Origin: Tubiluchus corallicola
Taxonomy: Eukaryota > Animalia > Priapulida
Direction: 5' to 3'
Length of the DNA stretch: 50,856 nucleotides
NCBI GenBank assembly: GCA_030141605.1
Contig: JAQGDQ010001269.1
Location: 1-50,856, forward strand
Both the position numbers and the translations under genes were made by a program. The first letter of the stretch is position 1. Every line of letters starts with the position of its first letter. A model generated the notes under the pieces. That model saw nothing but the letters and a program-made list of their open reading frames with translations, did not search any database and was not told where the DNA came from. Below, piece after piece: positions 42,241-50,856 of the stretch.

Positions 42241-45200
42241 GAAGAGACTTCTTACTATTCATCCTGATGCAACAGACGGCTATAGGCTTCCTCTATGTGG
42301 ACTGGTCGAATGTGGACAAACCACGTTGAAATTCTATGTGCTACATATTTGCTCTTATTTGCGTACAAATTATTGCAGTATGTGGTCTATCCGTTATGAT
42401 TTCATATACCATTGATGTCAATTCTTGTGCAAATGAAATTAAGCAGCAAATCGGTTCGGATGTGGGGGAGTTGATCCCAATATTTTCAACTGGGCAGGTA
42501 AAACTGTTTTTAACAGTTTTCTAAGTTATACAAATCAGCCATTTTATCACTGTAATTCCCTCTGCAAAACAGTGTAAAGGAAATCATATTTGACGATCAG
42601 TGTCTCATGTAATGAATAATTTCAATGAATTTTTATATCTTTTCGTAACTATTTCATATGTTGAGCATATGCGCATATAAAACATTTGTTGTTTCTGTAA
42701 AATACCGAGGATTTCAGAAGTCGCTATACATTTTACATTTTCTAGTTGTTATTTCTTTAACGAAACGTTTGAAAGTCACTTAAAACACCTTCAGCTAATG
42801 ATTAGCACGTGCATTAAATCTCCAACACCAGCAAGAGTTGGCACAACAAACTTTGTCTTATTTCAAGTTCACGAAGGGCTGTTGGTCTTAACGCGTAAGT
42901 TTTTTTCTTCAGATGAAAAATTGCCGTGTCAAATAGAAGATTTTAAATCTTCCCTGAAAATTTTAAACGCTTAGTAACCAATCCGCAAGGTGGGGAAATT
43001 TTGCATTGAGAAATTTACACCGTGAGTAATGTTAAAAAACTGCATTGTTAATAATGAGGGAATAGTGTAGTCCAAATGATGTTCTGAATTGGAGTTGTAT
43101 TTGAGTTGGCAATCGAAGGAGCTCTTTACCGGGCTGTGATTTTACACACTCGGTGTGACGTCATCATAACAATGGAGATCAAAAAAGAATAAATATCAAA
43201 GGATTCTTACAGATACTGTTCCTTTATGCTTTTATGGTTATGAATATCAATGGTTTATGGCAAATAAAGATTATTATGTATAATATATATGTATATATAA
43301 CTACATATACATATATATACATAACTATATATGTATACATATATATATTAAATATAATAATCTTTATTTGCCACAAAACATACATACATACATATATGTA
43401 TATATACATAAGCAGTTTGAATTTTAAGCGAAAAGAAAAAATGGACAGAAACTTTTGAGACCACGGGTATATCCTGCACAGCATTAAACAATTTGTAAGA
43501 TGTTCATCCCAAGGAAGTAACCGCAAAAGAGTCTGCAGTTCAAGCCTGGAACATGTCAAGATTGACTTGTGTGGACCTACTGCAATGTTAAACTAGAACT
43601 TTTATAGCAACAAGAATAACAGAATACGTAATGCAGTGGTTACTGTTTGCAAAGGATTGCTACATGTTGCATAATGCCTTGAGCAACAAGGTTGAGCTGA
43701 CGTTCATATACGATATCAGTTTACATTAGTAGTCTAAGTAACTAACTAGTTACGTAACTCCACTGCATGCCAATGCTCGACGGTCAGCAACGACCACTCG
43801 CATACCTCGTGACCAGCAGCCAATGACAGCCGCCATTTGGTATTTTCAAAACAGGAATGCTTGGATCTCCTTTATCTCTGGCGGGACTTTTATCTTTATA
43901 ACAACAAATGTCCATCTCGCTTTGTTGCATCGCGAGAGGGCGTGGCCATTAGGTAATTGTTTTGAAACAATTCTTTCTGTAATTATGAACTCAAGATTCC
44001 TGAAGGCATTCACCCTTCTAAGCTGGGATTATGAATGTATTTAAGGACACGAATTGACAAGCAGTGACAAACGGCGGTGCATCTCTCTTTTGACACGCGG
44101 ACGAGAACTCATTCCTCTGGGGATGACCGTTTAGCATCCGCAGAGGTCCCTGGATTCTTCCCTCTTGCGATTATTTGTTTTGTTTGGCGTTCATCTAACC
44201 CTCGAAGTAGCGCCGTTTCATTATGCGGTAGGAATAAGTGAGTAAATTTAGAATCTAATTACCGGTACTGATGCTGAGCAATGACCGAGCGGCATTGCAT
44301 CACTGAACAACCTTGCGGTCAGTGCGATCCATAATTGATTGCATTCCAAGCATCGCTCTTCCTTCAGTGATTAATTTCTCGTTTTTAATTAATAAATTTT
44401 CCTTTGCGGCCCGGGCTTCATAAGCAATCTGAAAAGTGTTTGTTCAAAAGGATTGAATGATGTTGTAAATTTATCAAATTGAATCCGTAGAACCTGCAAA
44501 CACATCGCGAGCGCCAAAAATGGATGCGCGGTCATCGACTTCTCTGAGGTTTTGGCGGGAAGCTGTGGCATTCTCTAGGGATGAGCGCACATAACAGCAC
44601 GCTGGGAGGAGGAGGAGACAAGAGCTTCTGACCCGACGCAGCATTACAAATGGGACATCTCGGAGGTCAAAAACCTGATGCGCCATCTGGGAGGATGCGC
44701 TTAAACAGATTTACACATGTGAGCACAGGTGTTTTGTGGAAGCTGCATACGTGGCACACAAGCGCAGGTGTTATACGGGGTTAAAAACCTTCACTACCTG
44801 CACATCAGTCACACCTGTTGTCGGAATAGGTCTAAATGCGGGAGACAGCCGACTAATTACGTTTCACCTGCTCAGTATTTAATTTGAGACCTATTTCAAA
44901 TATTTTCTTTGGTGTAGGAAAACGGCATTCAAGTAAGAATGCTTTGTTTTATACTTATTCGAAGTAAGGCATAACGTTTGCCATCTTTGGTCACGTGACG
45001 GCCGACAGGCTACATTACTCGTTTGGTACTATAATGGTTTTATGGTAAAATGGTCTCTCAACAGCAAAATTCAATCAAAGTCCAAAATATACATAAGCTT
45101 GTCTGTAGAATTGTTGTAAAGAGCCAATAGATCAAGTACAAGGACTGTTGTTGTCCTTTGTGCTTGTGTCACCTATCAGGAACATTAAAGTCAAATTGGC

Positions 45201-47339
45201 CCTCAGCTTTGACGAAATACACAAAAAACAACTGATATTATACTGAAATCACAAAGTATACGTCTTGTTTGTATTTTATACATAATTACGATAGTTTTAT
45301 GCTAATGAGACGTCTGTAAAGAAATTCGTTTGCATATCCGCTACGAAAATGCAGACTTCACGAAAGCAACGCAGAATGCGGTTACTTGTAGCAGAAAGGA
45401 TTCCTGCAGTTGCACCTGGCTAAGGTAGCATGATTTGATTTAGCAAAAGGTAAGCGGAACTCACGTTGTTACAATACCGCTAAACGGCTTCAAACGTTTT
45501 GGACAAAGATGGTTGTCACGTGGAGAGCTGGGGGTAACGATCTGAGCTTAAACCGTTTTGTACATACGCGGCCATGTCGGGTTAAAACAAGCGGGCAAAT
45601 AGAGGCTTGTCACTCCGCTGTTGAGTCAGACATGGCAGCGTCTCTAGCCAGGAGGGTCGTTGACATCGGGGGGAATGCTGAGAGTACGCGTGCTCCCGTA
45701 AGGAGGCGTCGTGGCTTTGTTTGGACCCCATCTGTTTCGGGAGGTTTTTGTATCCGCTGGGTCTCTGGGACCACGACGCGCATAAAACATGAAGAGTTGT
45801 TGAGATCATGCCAGTAAGGTCAACCTCTAAGCAGTTCGCAATAAGGTTATAGGGATACCGCAATAAGTTATACTTACATAAGCAATACTTATATATTTTT
45901 GCAAGCTATTTTAACTGAAACGCCAATAAAAATACTACCATATGTTTGATTTGCGATGGCTTAGCCCTATTAAGCAAGTTGGTACAAAAGGGGTGCTTCT
46001 CAGTTCAGTTAACGAGCGTTAAATAAAAACTTTTTTTCACTAATAATGACATACGTAGTTATTACTTGCTATAAATGTGCAATACTAAAAGCGAACGGAA
46101 GTGGTGCTGACTAGCAGTGTCTAGTTTTTTTGGCTGAATTACTGCTGCGTTTACCTGTCTGAAGGCAGATTTCTTTTATTTTAGAATTCTGCCTGCCCAA
46201 TGTCACCAATAGACGTGACGGACGTATGATGATGATGACTAAAAGCGGCTACCGGTACTGAGCCACCATTTTAGTGAAGACTCAAACACTCTGTTGTGTT
46301 TTGGTGTCACTTAAAGTGTCATCGTCATCAGTAACACCTAGGCCTAAATAAAAAATTAATAAAATGCAATAATTGCGCTATTCATTGGCCTTGTAATTCA
46401 AAATGCAGTGGTAATTTTAAGCATGTTGATTTTTTGCTGTTAGTCAAGTAAACGATTAATAGTATCGGCAAACTTTTTTAAGATAAAAATTATTTGTAAC
46501 GCAATTGTCTGTGTATCTTATTATTTTTAAGGCGTATCGTTTACGAGATGAATGTGTAGGTGTCGGTCAAGGTTAAGGTGGATGGTCAAGCCAGAAAGTC
46601 CAATGGGTCATTTAGTCATTTGGATAGTGTAGGCTCAGCGGTCTAACATATAGCTTGTTAATGTACTTTAGCTCACAAAATACACCATTTGCAGTGTGCC
46701 TACTTAAAAATTCTAAAAATGTTCAGCTTGTGCATGTAAAGGTATGTGTTTGGCTATTATTATTGACGAAACATGGAACATGGGCTTATTTTTAGGCACA
46801 CCCCCTATTGTTTTTTGTCCCCGTACCATTGTTTTACTCTGTTTGGGGTATTTTGCATTTTATGCCATACCAGACACTAGACAGGCCACATGGCTTCATG
46901 AAGACGGTGACTCACTACGATTTATTAGAGATCTGAGACATTGCCAAAACCAATCTATAAATAGCCATCCAATCAATGCACACTGGCAAAAGGGAGGAAC
47001 CGGACGATTCTTCTTATAGGCTTTGCCACTTACAAATCCCACTAATGTGCTGTTAACCTCTTTGTCAGCTCGATTGATCGGAAAATGGGTTTGCTTGAAT
47101 TTCGGATTCCCCGTCATAACACAGGCAGTGGCGGAGAGTCAATGCCCTGGTATACAGATCAATATCTGGGCTGCAATATTATGGGCTCAGTTTGCTTAAA
47201 CTGTTAATCATTCGCCTGTCTAGATTCTGGGCAAACAACATTTTTAAATCTGATCTGACTCGTCAATGAATATTGAATGCATGGGTTATAATATAAACAG
47301 CATTGTGGATTAAATGAGTGCATATATATATATATATAT

Positions 47340-47820
47340 ATATTAATTCTTTATTTGTCCTTAAAATGGTTCACTCATTTTTAATAAAATTGAGTAAGCC
47401 TCAGCGTTAAGTGGTGGAGAGATTCTATTAGTTTTATTTCACTGGGTAGTAAGTTCCATAAATGTATGGCCTGTTTTGATATAGAGTTATTTCCAAATTT
47501 ATTGTTTACTGTAATTTGCTTTAAATTGTGGTTCTAGTATTTAAAGTGGTATCGGGAATGAATGCTAAGGGATTGTTTATAAATGGAATGCTCAGTTTAT
47601 TGACATATTTATAAAGAAATATCAGTGTTTTGTAATCTCGATAGGCTTCTAATATTGGTATTTTTGTGGACGTTCTTAAGCTTGTTGCAGAAGCAGCATG
47701 TTGTTTAGCAGTTTTGTTAGAGTAGCCATGAATTAATCTAAGTGCGTAGTTTTGCATTGTATTTAGTTTTCTAAAGTTTTCATTCTTAACGTTTTGAAGT
47801 AAAGTGCAACCATTTAGTCT
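47340..47820 (-). mobile_element. Degenerate CR1/L2-group LINE fragment
   Basis: LxxxQNYALRLI...LIFLYKY pattern; ends near AATAAAG next to (TA)n. Confidence 0.55.
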
Positions 47821-47946
47821 TGGCTGAAAAAGTGCTCGAAAACGTAATAAAAAAACAGTTAAGCCTATGTAGGATATCAGTAGACCTATATACTCTAGTT
47901 AAAAATATGAAACAGTAATGAAATACTTAATTACTGGATTACTTAA

Positions 47947-48258
47947 TTATATAGCAAATGTCATAATTTTAAAATTATTAATGTTTCCTAAATTAAACTG
48001 ATAACATTAATGCCCACCAGTGTCTAAAAATCATTTTATCTATATTCGGTAAAGGACTGCAAACTAGGTGACTTTATAGTCTTTTCGCTATCCTTTCTCT
48101 AGTTCCAGATCTATCTATTCATTTTAACCATTTTTCAAAACTTATTAGCGATTGTTTTATTAATCATGTTTTATTGTAGTATTATAAAGAGATAAATAAA
48201 TTAAAATTGAATTGAAAAAGGAATTGAATTGAATTGAATTAAAGTTGAATTGAATTGA
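47947..48258 (+). mobile_element. Dispersed repeat, probable retroposon 3' end with (TTGAA)n tail
   Basis: Near-identical to the reverse complement of 691-949. Confidence 0.62.
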
Positions 48259-48585
48259 TGTATTTGGATTCAGAACTTGCACAATTATGCACTGGACACA
48301 GAACTGCTTCTTCTCTTTTACTATTCATCGTGTGTCCGATAAAGCGTGACTCAAGAGCGATGAAGCGTGACGTGGCCAAATGGTCACTAATAGCTGACCA
48401 TACTTACAAGTGACAATAACCTGATTTTCACCCTTGACCTAATTATCGATCCAATTTGTGCCATACAGACAATGCATGATGTTGCAAATTTATGAATTCT
48501 GTTCTGTGATAACAATAGTAATTAATAAGACAATTCTGGCAAGTAATGAGCCTGGTCTATGAATCATGGGATAAGTTTTGGTCTT

Positions 48586-49040
48586 AACACTTTAATGTCC
48601 AGTTTTGCCAATTACAAAAATTTGATGATAAAATCATGAACTCTGTAATCAAGCAAGCAATTCTACTTTGGAATTCTCTACCATTACTGGTTAAACTAAT
48701 CAAGTCCCTGTCAGCATTTAAAACAAAATTAAAATCACTAATATTAACCAGATATGAAATACCATCACACCAGCACGACAACATACACACTAATTCAGAA
48801 TTCATATATCCACAGCCATATTAATTAAATCATAGTTTTTTTTCATTTTTTTGTGCATAGTTGTAAATACGTTTGATTTTATTCGTCGTTACTTTCCATT
48901 ACTGCACAGTAGTTTAGATTGCACTGACGCATTTGCCTTTAGCAGTGTAAGTTTTTATTAACTAACACTGTTTGATCATCTCTGTAAAGTTTTATCAGTG
49001 ATTGTCAATGTATTTTAATGGCATATAAAGATTATTATAT
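48586..49040 (+). mobile_element. L2/CR1-group LINE 3' fragment
   Basis: QAILLWNSLPLLVKLIKSLSAFKTKLKSLIL; 3' UTR homologous to 6790-6917. Confidence 0.75.
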
Positions 49041-49651
49041 ATATATATATATATATGTGTGTATATATATGGAGAACATACGAATGAACAACAGATAAGA
49101 TTATAAAACAGTAATTTTAGTGAACAAAACACCTTATTACACTTTAAATATATTTTCGGTTCGCGTTTTCCAGTAATTAGGCTTAAATGTTTTACTACAG
49201 CTTAGCATTGTAAAATTCTGCATATAATAAGGCTTATAAAATTGTATGGCCATTATATTTCTTGCTTGCAACACGCTCTGGTTAACCCTATTTCCGGCGT
49301 TTTAGAGTTAATGGACAATGGTCATTGGTTACTGTACATAATTATGATTGCAATTAGGAATCTCAATTATTGAGTGCATTGTATTCGAACAGCCTTATTT
49401 ACAAATCACTGTAATTAGTCCTACTACTACGTACGAGTACTAACTTATTAGTAACTTAGCATGTAGTTTTTATGGGGCATTCGACTATAGATTTTTCAAC
49501 TGTTTAGTCTGTCTAAATAAAGCGACAGCTAAACATATAGGTGTTTATTTTATAGGCCATCAAAAAAACTTCTAACTACAAATTGTAAAAAGACAAAATC
49601 GTTAGGTATTGGTCCACGGACACAATTATGCATCCAATTGCAAGTATAGAT

Positions 49652-50856
49652 AAGTTATAGATAGATTACAGTATATAGTATAGTATATATAATTACAGTT
49701 ATAGTATAGATTACAGCGTATAGTATAGTATATATAACTACAGTTATAGTATAGATTACAGTGTATAGTATAGTATATATAACTACAGTTATAGATAGAT
49801 TACAGTGTATAGTATAGTATATATAACTACAGTTATAGATAGATTACGGTGTATAGTATAGTATATATAACTACAGTTATAGTATAGATTACAGCGTATA
49901 GTATAGTATATATAACTACAGTTATAGATAGATTACGGTGTATAGTATAGTATATATAACTACAGTTATAGATAGATTACAGTGTATAGTATAGTATATA
50001 TAACTACAGTTATAGTATAGATTACAGCGTATAGTATAGTATATATAACTACAGTTATAGATAGATTACGGTGTATAGTATAGTATATATAACTACAGTT
50101 ATAGTATAGATTACAGCGTATAGTATAGTATATATAACTACAGTTATAGATAGATTACAGTGTATAGTATAGTATATATAACTACAGTTATAGATAGATT
50201 ACGGTGTATAGTATAGTATATATAACTACAGTTATAGTATAGATTACAGCGTATAGTATAGTATATATAACTACAGTTATAGATAGATTACAGTGTATAG
50301 TATAGTATATATAACTACAGTTATAGATAGATTACGGTGTATAGTATAGTATATATAACTACAGTTATAGATAGATTACAGTGTATAGTATAGTATATAT
50401 AACTACAGTTATAGTATAGATTACAGTATATAGTATAGTATATATAACTACAGTTATAGATAGATTACAGTGTATAGTATAGTATATATAACTACAGTTA
50501 TAGTATAGATTACAGTGTATAGTATAGTATATATAACTACAGTTATAGATAGATTACGGTGTATAGTATAGTATATATAACTACAGTTATAGATAGATTA
50601 CAGTGTATAGTATAGTATATATAACTACAGTTATAGTATAGATTACAGTGTATAGTATAGTATATATAACTACAGTTATAGATAGATTACGGTGTATAGT
50701 ATAGTATATATAACTACAGTTATAGATAGATTACAGTGTATAGTATAGTATATATAACTACAGTTATAGATAGATTACAGTGTATAGTATAGTATATATA
50801 ACTACAGTTATAGTATAGATTACAGTGTATAGTATAGTATATATAACTACAGTTAT
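49652..50856. repeat. 44/45-bp AT-rich tandem satellite, ~27 units, running off the right edge
   Basis: AGTTATAG(T)ATAGATTAC(A/G)G(T/C)GTATAGTATAGTATATATAACTAC repeated. Confidence 0.98.

Overview
AT-rich, repeat-rich intron-containing animal DNA. It is an invertebrate, and the 5S sequence resembles lophotrochozoan 5S as I recall it (unverified). Two protein genes are transcribed divergently. (1) A minus-strand kinesin-14 (C-terminal motor, KIFC3-like): 12 in-phase exons are traced from 19722 to 4334, a probable first exon lies at 21958-22479, and the rest of the motor lies beyond the left edge. (2) A complete 5-exon plus-strand PIM kinase (29245-33589, 321 aa) with an atypical HGD catalytic loop. 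The kinesin locus is the unusual part. Two unrelated minisatellites (33 x 67 bp and 5 x 91 bp) are each built from an exon 3' end plus its 5' splice site. A rearranged cassette (1-3711) joins a direct copy of 13032-15345 to an inverted copy of 7886-9285, placing ~1.4-kb near-perfect inverted arms around four motor exons. One intron carries a full-length 5S rRNA fused precisely to a bipartite RTE-derived element, whose headless relative sits at 26319-26680. The remainder is MITEs (piggyBac, hAT, TA-flanked), RTE and CR1/L2 LINE 3' fragments, microsatellites and a terminal 44-45 bp satellite. Most ORFs in the supplied track are repeat artefacts. All alignments and translations were done by eye.
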